This document shows positions 24,457 to 39,000 of a DNA stretch of 64,000 bases, in pieces. The notes under the pieces are model-generated. The model was not told the origin of the DNA, did not search any database, and saw only the letters and a program-made list of their open reading frames with translations. Each line of letters opens with the position of its first letter. Position 1 is the stretch's first letter. The DNA comes from Vezdaea acicularis. Lineage: Eukaryota. A program made the position numbers and the translations under genes. The stretch is taken from assembly GCA_026025075.1 (NCBI GenBank), contig JAPEUI010000037.1:1-64000 (forward strand), read 5' to 3'.

Positions 24457-25599
24457 ATGGCCGACGCACGAAAGACTGTTTTGATTACTGGGTTTGACCC
24501 CAAAGACCTGCAAGCGTATGAGTCTCTTACTGACTTATTGAATTAGGTGTGCCCCAGGCGGCATTGGGAATTCAATTGCGAGAGAATTCCACTCAAAAGG
24601 TAACTATTCCACCAACTTGCCGCGGATATACGCTGAGTAACACGAAAGCTTTCAAGGTCTTCGGGTATTTGCGACTTCGAGGGACGCAAGCAACCAGCTT
24701 TCAGATTTATCGGCCCTAGGCATCGAAACTCTGAGCTTGGATATCGACTCCGCAGAGGATATCGCGGCCGTTAAAAAAGATATCGAGCTTCGAACTAATG
24801 GAAAGTTGGACTTCCTTGTCAATAATGCTGGTCGTAACTATACCGTTCCGGCTCTTGATGTCAATGTATGACTTGCGTGCTTCCATTTGGGTTGCCTGAA
24901 TGGATACTGATACGAGGAGTAGATGGCTGAAGTGCGCAAATTGTTCGAGACAAACCTGTTTGGCGTTATGGCATTGATTCAAGCCGTGTCACCACTGTTG
25001 GTCGCCGCTAAAGGCACCATAGTCCAGATCGGGAGCGTAGCAGCGTACATACCCTACGTTTTCGGCGCGGTTTATAATGCATCTAAAGCAGCCCTGCACG
25101 CATATAGCGATACCCTCCGACTTGAGATGGCTCCTTACGGGTAAGGGAACTTCATTTTGGATAACATTCTATGCAATAAGCTAAATTCCAACCTCCACAG
25201 GGTTAAAGTTGTGGTTGTCGTCACTGGTGGCGTCCAATCTAGAATAGCAAGACGGGAGCGCCAACTACCTCCAACATCACTCTATCTTCCTATCGATGGT
25301 GACTATCAGAGACGCCTGAAACATTCTCAGGAAGGTGCTATGGCAAATGCAGACTACGCAAAGAGCGTAGTAAGCCAAGTGCTTCCAAAGGCTCATAAGA
25401 AGCGAATATGGGAGGGTAACAAGAGCTGGCTGGTGTGGTTTGTTCATTCATTCTACCTGTCATCCTATTTCGTGAGCAGTCCCTTCTCAGGTCCCTGAAC
25501 ATCTCAAAGTCTAACGTTTTGCAGGATTGGTATATGTCAAAGGAGTTCGGATTGGCTAAGCTCGCAAAACTTATATCAACAAACAAGAAGAAAGCCTAG
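24457..25599 (+). CDS. AYR1: NADPH-dependent 1-acyl-DHAP reductase-like SDR, multi-exon
   Basis: KTVLITG|CAPGGIG, LDFLVNNAG, FETNLFG, YNASKAALHAYSDTLRLEMAP, VVTGGVQS; last exon ends NKKKA*. Confidence 0.88.
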
Positions 25600-25630
25600 G
25601 CAGGAGGTGTGTGCCGAGTAAGAGGCATTA

Positions 25631-25712
25631 CAGTTGGGGGGGGCAAAAGTCTGAATACACCTTGGCCTCGATTCACGCGCCGAAGTGTATCAAAACATCT
25701 GGCCCCCAACTG
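25631..25712. mobile_element. 82-bp Tc1/mariner (impala/mimp-like) MITE flanked by TA
   Basis: TA-CAGTTGGGGGGGGCAAAAGTCTGAATACAC ... GTGTATCAAAACATCTGGCCCCCAACTG-TA: imperfect ~28-bp TIRs with a TA target-site duplication. Confidence 0.8.
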
Positions 25713-26110
25713 TACGAAAAATAAGAAGGCGAAGAAGGAAGCCAACCTTTCAATACTTTTTTCGTTCACATATTATGATTGAAATCTATATGTGTAACGC
25801 ATTTCATAAATATAATGTCCTTAGCAGCGGAGGCTAGTGAGAAACGTTAGAAGATCTATGAGAGGTACCTAACATTGACAACGTACCATTTTGTATATAT
25901 CAGTGGCTGCTTTTGTTGCTAGAACTGGCCCTGGAGGCCGTTTGGCACCTTTTTTAGTGCGTGACATGCTTCCAGGTGGAGTGGATGCTACTAGAAGATC
26001 TTAGGGTGACTAGTTCTCTTGATACTATAGGCTTTGTTCTAAGATACTAAGAACAAACACAAAGGAGCCATCTGAGTTGAGATACTAGCTCAGGAGGTCG
26101 GCGGCTTTAT

Positions 26111-26165
26111 CACTTCGGCGCGTGAAACGAGGCCAGGGTGTATTCAGACTTTTGCCCCCTCACTG
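26111..26165 (-). mobile_element. Second, inverted and truncated copy of the same MITE end
   Basis: Reverse complement CAGTGAGGGGGCAAAAGTCTGAATACACCCTGGCCTCGTTTCACGCGCCGAAGTG closely matches 25631-25687 and is followed by TA at 26166. Confidence 0.8.
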
Positions 26166-26769
26166 TATATTGCACAAGCCCTTTCATAGACATGTCCGGC
26201 CCCTAGATATTGCGCATATTGGAATAATCTACTTTTGAGGCGACACAGATCGAACGGATCGATCAGTGTAAGAATTGAATGTGCGAATGTGTTATAGCTA
26301 AGGTTTCCTTTTGGCTGAAACACCTCATTCCACCTGATGTTGGTGGTAGCGATTAGGCATAGCCGAGTCAAATATCTCACTCATAGCAAACTTAGGAAAG
26401 GAACGGATTTGAAAGAAATTTTTTGCAGAGAAGTTGATGATGTTGGTTGAACTTTTACTGTTGCATAGACTAGCAGAGGATTCCCATCCCTGGAATGACA
26501 TGGCGGGAAGCCATAGTGCCCTCGGTATAACCAGGGAAAGTCCAAAGCCTGGTCTCAAAAATCGCTCTGCGTTTGACAGAAAATATGCCTAATCCTACCA
26601 TGACTTCACGAACCTCTAGTCCGTGCACGCGCACCTTTTCCGTCGCTCACCCGGCAAAGGAAAATTCCTGTGTGCATGTCAGGATGCGCCGCACTGCATT
26701 ACCGGGCGAGCGGTGAGACGACGCCCTGTCCTCGTGCTTGCCCTCTTTCGTAACGACTTTCCACGAAAT

Positions 26770-28352
<1,583 letters not shown>

Positions 28353-28588
28353 CTGAGCGAGCAGAGAAACAGCCGCGCCGGGCGTTGGCATATAGCATAC
28401 ATAGAATAGATCTCTCCTCCATCCCGCGATTAGACTATTGAGATTACAAATTACATGGCATGAAGATTCATCACAAACATGACTCGAGCATGATCAGGTA
28501 TCGTAACATCATCATTCTCCCATTCTGTGTGCTCCGCTCCTCGCGCCCCTCCTCCACTTCCGTCATTTTTCATGCCTTCTCATCCCGC

Positions 28589-30891
28589 TCACGCGGCAAC
28601 CCCATCCTCCACATAATCCAGCCAAGCGTCCACCCGCCCCTCAGTCCTCGACCTCGTAACACCCGCCAACTCGCTCGTCTTCGGCTCTCTTCGCAGCTGT
28701 GGCAGCGGCGGTGGCGGAGCCATGGCGCTGAATAGCCCGGGCCTATGCACCGCTGCCTCCCTCGGATGATCGGTCGCGTCATCCGCTGCTCGGCGCCCGA
28801 AACCCCGCTCCGAAAACGACCAGGTCGGGTTTTCGTCCCAGTTGTCGCCGCCCCAGCTGGCCATCCTTGGCGGCCGGAGGGGACTCCTCTGTGGGCTGTC
28901 TCTTGTGTAGTGCGCGCCGGACTCGGGGTTGCGGAGACCGCGGTTCGACATGGCGTGCGCGGCGGCCATGCGAGCGGCGCCCTGTTCCATGCCGTACTCG
29001 GCGTTGAAGCCCCGGATGTCCTCGTCGAAGCCCATTTGCTGTAGGCGGCGTGCGAATTGCTCGTCCTCGCGCTCTTGGCGGCGGCGGTGGGCGAGCTCAT
29101 CGGCGTAGGTGCGGGCGTTGCGGTCAGTTTGCTCTCGTCGGTCGACCGGGAGGGGGGGATGGACTCCTCGTACGTTAAGAGGAGCAGGGGGTGGTGGGAT
29201 GTCGAAGGGCTCATTCATGTGGTTGAGGCGGTCGGCTACGACAGATTCGTGGTTGAACCAGGGGCAATTGCATGTCTTCCATTTGGAACCGCAGATCATG
29301 CAGAATTCGGCGCGGCAGCGACTGCGTTTGGATGAGCTTGAGTTGTGAGGACTTGGGCGAACGATGACTTACCAGGTCATGTGATTGCAGCCTTCCTTGA
29401 GCTCGATCATGGCGCGGCAGCTGTAGCAGCGCTGCCAGCCCTCTTGCTTGGCTTTTTCGACCAGTCGGTTTGTTTCCTCATCTTTGGGGCAGTCTCGCCT
29501 CATGTGCCATTTGCCATTGCAGAGGACGCATACTTTCGTCCTGCAGCGTTGACATTTGCCGTATTTACGGCCGCCCTCGGAGTGAATTTGTGACGGTTTG
29601 ATCCATTCGCCACAGCCCCGGGTTGGGCAGTACAGTCGGTTCTTAGTAGTGTATTCTTGGTATTTCCTGTTCCAGTTCATCTTGAATCTATCGCTGAAGA
29701 GACGATCAACATGTTTTAGAGGTATGTGGTCGGATGTGCAACATTTTGGGGGCATATGCTGAGGGTCCGTAACAGAAAGGGAGAAAATTCGTTTTAGGCA
29801 ATCGTGGCACATTATATGGCCACACCCGAGCTTCGCAGATTTGGTCACGGGAACATCGGTCATACAAGTCAGGCACTCCACACTAGAAGGAGTTAATATG
29901 TCCCCTAGTAGACCTAGGGAGGTAGGCTTACGTTTTGACGGGTCCGCGAGGAGGAGGCTTGGGGAAGAAAGATCCAAGCAGACCACCTGCGGAGTTTCGC
30001 CGATCTACCGTAGATGGTGGTCCTGGCTCTCTTGTCACTGGAGGCGCTGTTCCCACGTCTGAGGATCTTCTCGCACGGGAGCGATGAGCGGTAGGATCTC
30101 GAGTAGGCGGAGGTCCTCTCGTCATAGCTGCGGCTGGAACTGCCAATGGAGGAAACCAAGATAGTCGTCGTGAGCTAGTAGTAGAGCTTCGTTGTAATGT
30201 TGGTCTGGCAGCCGGTGGAGGCGCTCTCCGTACCGATGAGGATCTATGTAGTATAAAATATCAGTCTGATAGTCACGAGACCCCAGGAGAAATTAGATCA
30301 CCTTTGATATCGGGGAGCTTCGTTGCGAATGCCTAGGACCGTCATAGGTTCGCTCACTTCGATGTACTTCCGATCAGAGCCGAGCTGAGAAGACCTGTGT
30401 CTCCTCCTATGATGTCGGGGGATGTCGGTATCGCGTTCTCTGGATGGCGAACTCCGCGATGAGCCTGACCGGTCGAAAGGCCGTGATTCCCGTCGCAGCC
30501 TGCCATCGCCACCATGCACGCTTCCTCCTGATCTATATACTCGAACGACTCTTGGTGAGGAGGAATCTTCGTCGTCATATCTGTGCCTCCGGTGTCTTCG
30601 CCTGTGTCGTCGTTCACGCTCATCTTCGTAATATTCTCTTTCTCGGGCCGTCCCCTCCGACATCGCCATATTCGAGTTGCGAGCTTCGGCGTCCGCACGC
30701 GAGCGATCGCTACGTAAAACCGTTGATGGGTCTCTTAGGTATTCAGCCTGAGAGGGATCACTAGTCGATTGAACTGTTTGAACTTCTTCTGCTGTCGAGT
30801 TCTCTGTAGTAATGTAAGAAGGCGAACGGTGGGGAGCCTCGCGACGTCGTACGACGGTCGGGCTGCGATGGAACCAGCCATTTGCCCTCAT
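28589..30891 (-). CDS. RBR/IBR-domain E3 ubiquitin ligase; 5' end uncertain
   Basis: RING1 CLTC..CGHIMCHDC..PPKCC; IBR YCPTRGC..CQRC..CVLC..WH..C; RING2 CYSC..GCNHMT|CRCRAEFCMIC. Long Arg/Ser-rich N-terminal exons. Confidence 0.85.
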
Positions 30892-32147
30892 CACCGGCCG
30901 GCGAACATCGACCCAGTCGTGATTCGTAACGGACGGCACCGGACGGCGGCGAATCAATCTAGGGCTTGAGGCTCACGGACAATCCTGTTGGAGGATAAAC
31001 AGCTGGCTAGCGTGGGGCAGAGAGCATCTCGAATGGAGTGGTAGTCGAGGAGAAAGTGGAGGTGGAGACAGTCGTGATGCACGCTGGCAGGAGTCGGCTC
31101 TGAAGGCTCTCTAAGGGCTGGCTTTCATGCATAAGTCCCGCTCGGGCGTCGCGCGCAAAGCCTGAGAGGCCGCCCTCTTGCTGCAGCTCCGCGAATTTGC
31201 GCACAACGCCACGCTCTGATTCATCCCAGGCGCCCACGCCTCATCGATCCAATGATGGACTTACAGGTGGTGGCTACGGGCTGTCAGCAACGGCAAGTTG
31301 ACCGTGCGAATAGGGCGCGGGACCATCATCTAGCATTCAGAGCATGATGTTGAAGGGCATTTGGCACAGCAGATGATCTCCATCAAGCTCCAGTTATTGA
31401 GCTCAGGGCAGGAAACGGCTCCAGCGGTCGGGCCGCTCGCTGTGACTCGTGGAGCCCTAGTCACGCTCGGTTGATACCGTTTGACAGGCATGTGCCTGGC
31501 GTTGGTCTCGACCTCGAAAACGCCACGATATCGGTCCGTGCAAAGTGTACAAGTTACAGAGAATGGCTTCATATACCTGCGGCATTCTTGAGCTTATACT
31601 TGCATCCAAGAATGTACGTATCTACGGCATAGGTTGTGTATAATTGGTGTCATTGGACTTTGATAGGCTTACGTGAGCTTCGGGGATTCCTGCACGAGGT
31701 ACATGTGGCCTGTTACACGGTTAATATCAGCGCGGTACATAGTCATCCGGCGTGGGACAAATATAAAGAGCAGTGACTTAGCTGAGATTTGCCATGCAGT
31801 CCAATTTGCTTCTCACCATGAGGTCCTCGGATTCATTCGCTGCAATGCTTGGCACGCGAGCAAGCTTCATCGAGAGGACCTCGCTACCAATTGAACTGCC
31901 GGAAGAGCCGTTGAGCCATGACCACCCCCCCGAGCCTCCCGGACCCTATGCAGAGCAAACCCAATTCCTTTTTTAAACGTCATTTGCCATGCATACTATG
32001 GTGTTGTGAAGAACCAGCCTGGTTGTTCTGAAATGTCATGCGTAAAGAATTCATCAAATGAAAGCTAGACCTAAAGAAATTCGACGATGCTCTTAGGGCA
32101 CTCGGACATGGCATGAATATGGTATAGAAGGCGAACACGTCGCTACT

Positions 32148-35100
32148 ATGCTCCTTGCTCATCAGACAGGGAGCGTGAAGGTTGGAGAGGTTGTACGGTG
32201 GGTATTAATTCGGAGGATGGTATACCGTAAAGCTAACGGAAGTACTTATGCATAGGTATACTGTTACATACACACCTTCCGCCGACCGCATCCTACCAAT
32301 ACCTTCTTCATTACGAATCAGAATCAAGAACACCTCAGCGGTAGCACTGAGAGCAGCGTATCTTCACGGCCCATACACTCTTTACGTGGCGGCGTACTCT
32401 TCAAACTTCAACCCAAATGTGAAAGTTGAGGACGTGGAACGAGATGGTATCCCAGAATACGAGCCATTCCTCAAAGCGGGAGGCACGTGGGCCGCTAAAC
32501 TCGTGGTACCTGAGGATATAAGAGCTTCGACTGGTGGCCCTGGAAGCCCCGGGCCTTCTGTCAACGGGCCGAGCGTTACGTGGATCATCGAGATTATTTC
32601 TCAGGTGGTATTCTCTGCATCGGCCGCAGTACACTTCGAGCTATTAATTGGCAGAGACGAGAAGTCGTTGCAGCTAGGCTTGGTCGACGCTGCTGGGGCG
32701 GGGCAGTTCTCACCTGGTAGAGTGGAAGATCATCAACTAGCTCGGGGCAAGCATGTAGGGCAGCACGCTGCTCAACAGAGGGGTGTATTTTCAAAGGCGC
32801 TGATGCTGGGGGTGGATGATACTTCTAGCCTATGGAACAAGCCTCAGCTTGCTGACCGTCTTGAAGATGGTAGTATCAAAGGTGCTAGGAGAACCAGCTC
32901 CGGACCTGGGTCGGAACAATCGCTGTCTACTGTACCCAGCACTTCCTCAACTCAACCGACGCCTAAGAAACAGAAGAAAGTGCATATTGTCATCGTCACT
33001 CATGGCTTACATAGTAATCTTGGCGCAGATATGCTCTATCTAAAAGAGAGCATTGAGGAAACAGCTAAGGCTGCCCAAGAAAACCGAAAGAAGCGACATT
33101 ATGAGGCCCAAAACCAGTCGAACAAGCCAGAATCACGAGAAGAGGAAGATAAGGCAGGTTTAGAAGACGATGACGACGATGAGGAGGTCATTGTGAGAGG
33201 TTTCGCTGAGAACGCCCTAAGAACTGAGAGAGGCATCAAATATCTGGGGAAGAGGCTTGCAAAGTACGTTCTCGCGATGACCTACCCAGAACAGCCCTTT
33301 CTGCCAATCAAGAAGTCAGCTACAAGGTCTCTTAGTCATGTGTTTTCTTCATCGTCATCCCAGGACTCGGGCCTCAGCGGTACACCAGCGCACACCCATA
33401 GCAGCATCCATCACACAGTTGGGCATCCGGACAAATCTACGTATCGAATCACCAGCATCAGCTTCATTGGGCATTCTCTGGGTGGTCTCGTCCAAACATA
33501 CGCCGTTGGATATATCCAAAAGCATTCACCGCATTTCTTTGATGAAATAAAGCCGGTCAACTTCGTCGCCATGGCCACCCCCTTTTTAGGGCTTAGTAAT
33601 GAAAATCCGATTTACGTGAAGTTCGCCCTCGACTTCGGGCTTGTTGGGCGTACTGGTAAGGATCTAGGATTAACGTGGAGAGCGCCTAACCTCGCTCGTA
33701 GTGGCTGGGAGGCGGTCGTTGGCGGAATGGGGTCTGCATCCCAGAAACAGCTTAGAGAAGAAGACCCAGGCGCAAAGCCTTTACTTCGTATACTTCCCAC
33801 AGGGCCAGCTCACAAAGCCCTTCGCATGTTCCGAAACCGGACGGTATACTCGAACGTGGTAAACGACGGTATCGTGCCACTTCGAACAGGCTGCTTACTA
33901 TTCCTGGATTGGCGAGGGCTTGGTCGTGTGGAGAAAGCACGTCGCGAGAATGGCTTCGTTGGCACCATGGTAGAGTGGGGCTGGTCAGAAATGACTGGAG
34001 CTAACACGACATCAAAAAGTCGCTTTGGCCACGCAATCGAGAGTGAAACGTCTAGTGGAGACGACGCCGAAGATGAAAGCGTGGAGGCATCTAGTGGGCA
34101 CCATCATGGTGAGGAGGTGCCACAGCCCTCAGCAAAGGCGATCAAGGATGACAATAGTCCACAAATTTCTCGTCCGCCAACATCAAGCAATTCTTTGAGT
34201 CCCAACATAATACAACAGCGACCCAATTCAGCCGGAAGCTTGCAAGACCCTGAGAATGAACAGCAAGGGAGCTCAAACCCCTTTAGCAGTTTACTGACGT
34301 TCTTCAGCCCCAATCGACCAAAGCGCCCTTCCCCTAAATCTAGTCGAATTTACAAGCGGAGTCAGACCGTAAAAGTAACCCAAGTAACCGAATCAAGCGA
34401 TAGCACCTTGACGAGCGTTACAGACCGAGTAACTACGTCCAAAACGTCATCTTCAGTAACTGAGCAACGCCCAGGACGGGTCACTCGAGGTGACTCCCTC
34501 CTCTCAGACCCCAACGAAGACCTCGCCCCCCCCACGACCACCATCTTCGAATCCGCGGCCAACCTTCTATCGCCCCCTCTACCAAGCACAGAGTTCATCA
34601 TCGACCCAACCTCGCGCCCCCGCACCATCTTCCACGACCGCGTCTACCACCCATCCGACATCCCCAAAGCACCCACCAAACCCCCCCACCGCCGCAGCAT
34701 CTCCCACAGCTCCGAAAGTAGCGCACCCCCTACACCTGTCTCGCAAGACGTTCCACCCAGCTTCCACCCTTCTGACATGGACACCTCGAGCATGAAGGTA
34801 GAGGAAAAGATCGCCCGTGCCTACCACCGCGATCTGAGCTGGCGCAAAGTCCTTGTGCGCCTCGAACCCGACGCCCACAATAACATGGTCGTGCGCCGCA
34901 TGTTCGCCAACGCCTATGGCTGGCCCGTCGTGAAGCACCTGTGCGATACGCACTTTGCCGACACGTACGTAGCGCGCATGCGCGACGACGAGGAGCCCAG
35001 TGCCGAGCGGGCGAAGAGCGTCGAGCAGGGTACAGGCGCGCACGGCGGCGAGACGAAAGATGTGGATCCCCCGCTGAACCGGACGAACAGCGAGCAGAAG

Positions 35101-35577
35101 GAGGCCGGGGATGAAGTGGGCGAGTTGAAGAGCGCAGAGAGCGGCTCGAGCGCTAGACAGGCGGCTCTGAGGGACGACGCGAGCGTGTGGAGTGATCATT
35201 ACTTTGACGTCACGGATGATGATGATGAGGTGCCGTCGCCGCGGCCTGGGGGTTTGCAGGGGTTTTGGGCGCTGCCGGAGGAGGGGAGGGGGAAGGTTAG
35301 GTTGAGACGGGCCGAGGGGAGCGCGGATGAAGGTGGTGGGGGGACGGATGATGCAGAGATAGCGAAGTTCTTGACGGCGTCGCCCGTGGCAATGCGGACG
35401 GCCGTGTCGGAGGAGGAGCTGAAGAACGCTGGGAGCGAGCAGGTTGCCAAGGACGAGATACCGGCTGGTGGGGAAGTAGGTTTGAGTAGAGTTGCTAAAG
35501 GAGGAAGTAGGAGAGAAGACTCGGCTGGGAATGATACGAAAGGGGAAGAGGACAAGGTTTCTACGAATGTTGCATAG
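32148..35577 (+). CDS. DUF676 putative lipase/serine esterase (Rog1-like); short first exon MLLAHQTGSVKVGEVVR
   Basis: LRAAYLHGPYTLY, VTHGLHSN, GIKYLGKRLA, nucleophile elbow ISFIGHSLGG, ATPFLG, YSNVVNDGIVP, AHNNMVVRR. Confidence 0.9.
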
Positions 35578-36042
35578 TAACTAATCATAACTTCGATAAT
35601 ATCAATGCATCAGAAAAACTAGTATATTGCTACATATGATTAACATTGTTCCGGCTGCTATCACTGCTTCACATTGCGCTTAAGGCAACACTGACTACAT
35701 GAGGGGATTTTATTAGCCTACTCTGCCAAGGACGCTGCAGCGACAGTATGGATTGATTGACTTGTGCTATTGCCTGCGTATCAATTTAGCAGTTGCCTCG
35801 GTCGGCTCACTCGACTCTCTTTTGGAAGAATTTTTCTAGACTGAGCTTGGTGGAAAATAGGTGAAAGACGCGACCCTGGGTTTCAGGTTCCGAGAATATA
35901 GGGGTGGCAGGAGGTAAGGGAATGACTGCTGAAGACGGCTACAGAAGCCTCAGTAAACAGTGGTAAACCTTCGCCAATAATCCTATTAACTATGCAAAAG
36001 CGCCGACCCGATACAAATGCAACGAGGAGACTCCCCCTAAAA

Positions 36043-39000
36043 TCAAATGCTCGCCCGTCTCGGCGCCATCGTCCTCCTCAGCTTCTTCTTCTCCTCCGTC
36101 TCCTCCATGACAGGCAGCACGCCCCTCTCCCTCAGCTTCTCTAGATACTCCCTACCATACTCGTATCCAACTTGATAGATCTCGTCAAACTTAGCAAAGT
36201 CCAGCGTGCCATAAGCATCGATCGGTGGGCGCATATACAAACACCCAGGAGTGGTCTTTGCTCTCTCCAACGCATCAACGCTCGATACATAGGCGAGTCG
36301 AGCTTGGATCTCGGAGAGAGTCGGCGGGTTGGGGTAGGATGAGAAGGGATTCCATCTGTTCAGCGCAGCCCAGAATCCTGAGAGCGAGTCTCCGAATTCT
36401 TGAGGGGTGTTGTCGTCAAGACTGCCCACATCGACAGCGAATATGTATTCAGCACCCAGAGACTTCATGTGCGCAACGGTAAGGTTGTCAACGTAGCCTC
36501 CGTCTACCAACATACTGCCTTCATCGCAGAGCGGCGGTAAGAGACCTGCGAGTGACATGGAAGCTCTGACATAGCGCCAGACGTAACCACTCGTGTGGAT
36601 CTCCGAACGACTTTTGCTGATGTTCGTCGTGTTGCAGTAGTATTCGAGCCAGAAGTCTTCGATCTGGGAGTCGCCGAAGGTCTTGAAAATACCACGGTTG
36701 AACTCATGACCAGTTGTATAAGAAGCTGATGGATATGTCAGATCTAAGGCAAACCTCCACATGCTACCCATACGTCCGGCAAACTTCTTGGCGCGGCCGT
36801 ACATTGGTACAACGTCAGCGTCTCTGGCGTACAAAGCGCCAATGAAAGCTCCTATAGATGTGCCCCCAATAATGTCAATAGGGACGCCAGCTTCCTCAAG
36901 AGCCCTAATGACTCCAATTTGGGCTATTCCACGCGCACCACCTCCTCCCAGGACCAATCCAACTGACTTGCCACATAAACGTCGTGCAAGCCGATGAAAA
37001 TCTCCTTTGAATCCGGGGTTTTCAGAGGAATAAAGCGGCGCCTGGCGAACCCTTCGAGATGTATATTTTTGTATCTCGGCTTGTAGTACCTGTACACGTT
37101 GCTTCAGAGTAGTACCAAAGCGCTTAGTCTGTGGGTGTATGGGCCCTTGGTTTGTTCGAAATGCCATTTGGATGTGATGATGACTCCCGTTAATCCACAC
37201 ACGATTCTGAAGCCATTGCCTTGATAGCCCAGCCTTGGAGTAACGGTCCACATGTAGAAGGACGAGCTCTTTTCTAGCGGTGGTCTTCATTCCGAGTAGA
37301 AACCTTTCGTATTCGCCTATGCTCGGAGAACCCTCGGCGAGTCCTATCAACAGGATGCAGTCTGCTTGCGTGATGCACGTTTGCGTCCATGGTGCGTTCA
37401 CATTGGTGTCCGCAATGTATAACACGAGACCGTATTTCTCTTCCAAGTCCGCGAGGTATTGTGATAACTTTAGCTTGCCCAACTTGTTGAAAGCATGCCG
37501 ACCAAGATGGTTTAAGATAGCCGCCTGATTCAGCGATGTAACACCATTTGGCGCACCGATTTGGGTGAGGGCGTTCATCAATCGACCACCAAATTCAACA
37601 ACCGGTACTCCAGCCGTAACGGGGAGGATAGCAACAGTTCGAAGGTTCAGAGTTGATGTGACCTTGTTGCTGGTGGCCATGGTACCTCGTTCTCGGCTCT
37701 GTTCAAAGAGTGGATCTTCAATCAAAGCTCGCATGCGCGAAGCAATGATCTTCGAGATCTTAATGGTTATACCTGGATGTTCCAAAGCCAAGCTATTGAA
37801 GAGAGTCTTGGGGAACTTGGCAAGCTCTGTATCTCGTATCGCATGTAAAGTTGCAGGACGAGCAGATTCTGTCATAACTTCAAGTTCCCCTACGCTCTCG
37901 CCCTGGCCATACTCTCCGACTACTCGCATCTTTCCATCTTCATTTTCGAGGATTGCCCGCAACCGTCCATTAAGTACAATGTAAATGGCATCACTCTCGT
38001 CATCTTGATGGTATATCACTTGTCCCGCATTGATCTGGACCCATTCAAGGGCGAAATCAATATGGAGTATAAGGCGCGGGAGCAGGCTCGTGAGACGTTT
38101 TGCCATGGTCAGAAGGACGACGGGATACTTTTCGACGATTCGCTCGAGGGCAGACCGTGGTAAAAAGCCCACATACACGTCCGTCTTGGCTCGAACGTCA
38201 ATAAAGGATCTGTATGACGAGATTGTCCCGATATATCCAGCAATTCCTCCAGGTTTGATCAAGAATAAGCTTTTACGGCCCCACTTCTTCGATTTTACCC
38301 CACTACGCCTTGATGTAGACGCAGAAGCCATAGATTCGGCGGCAGATCCATTCATAGGATGTGGAAGATCGATATTCGAGTGATCGAAGCTTTCAAGACC
38401 GCCACCAAGCATAGATGAATCCGAGTGCCTTTCTTCAACAGGAATGCTCACATCGAGAAAACCGTCGATGACATAGTACAATCCAGGGTTCCTCTCCCCT
38501 TGCTCCACAAGTACTGAACCTTTTGGGAAATAGACGATTTCAACATCATCTCGAAGTTCACTGCTCAAAGTAGCGTGGCGAAAGCCACTTCCAACGCTCA
38601 CCGCTGACTGTGGGCCAGACTGTACTGACTCGGAATCGCCTTCCGCAGATCCTTCGAAAGGGTCAATGTTGCCGAAAGCGTTGTTGAAGACAGCTTTCTG
38701 CCGTGTGGGGTCGAATGAGACGAGTCGAGGAGACTGTTCTACAGATGTTGATTTCTGTAAGTGCTCCGCAGTAGTAGTGAGCCCAATAGCCTTGAATATG
38801 CAGTCTAAGACCGACTCGCGAAATATTCCATCCTCGTCAAGCGAATCCTGCCGGTGAATTGATGCCTTACTTTGAGGAGACACGGAAGCAAATGGATTGA
38901 AGCCTCTCTGAGCTAGAGGGCTCTCTGTATCTGGTAAATATGTACTATCTGACTCGTGCCAACTGTGATGGAATGAAGGATCCCCACCACTAAAGCTCGG

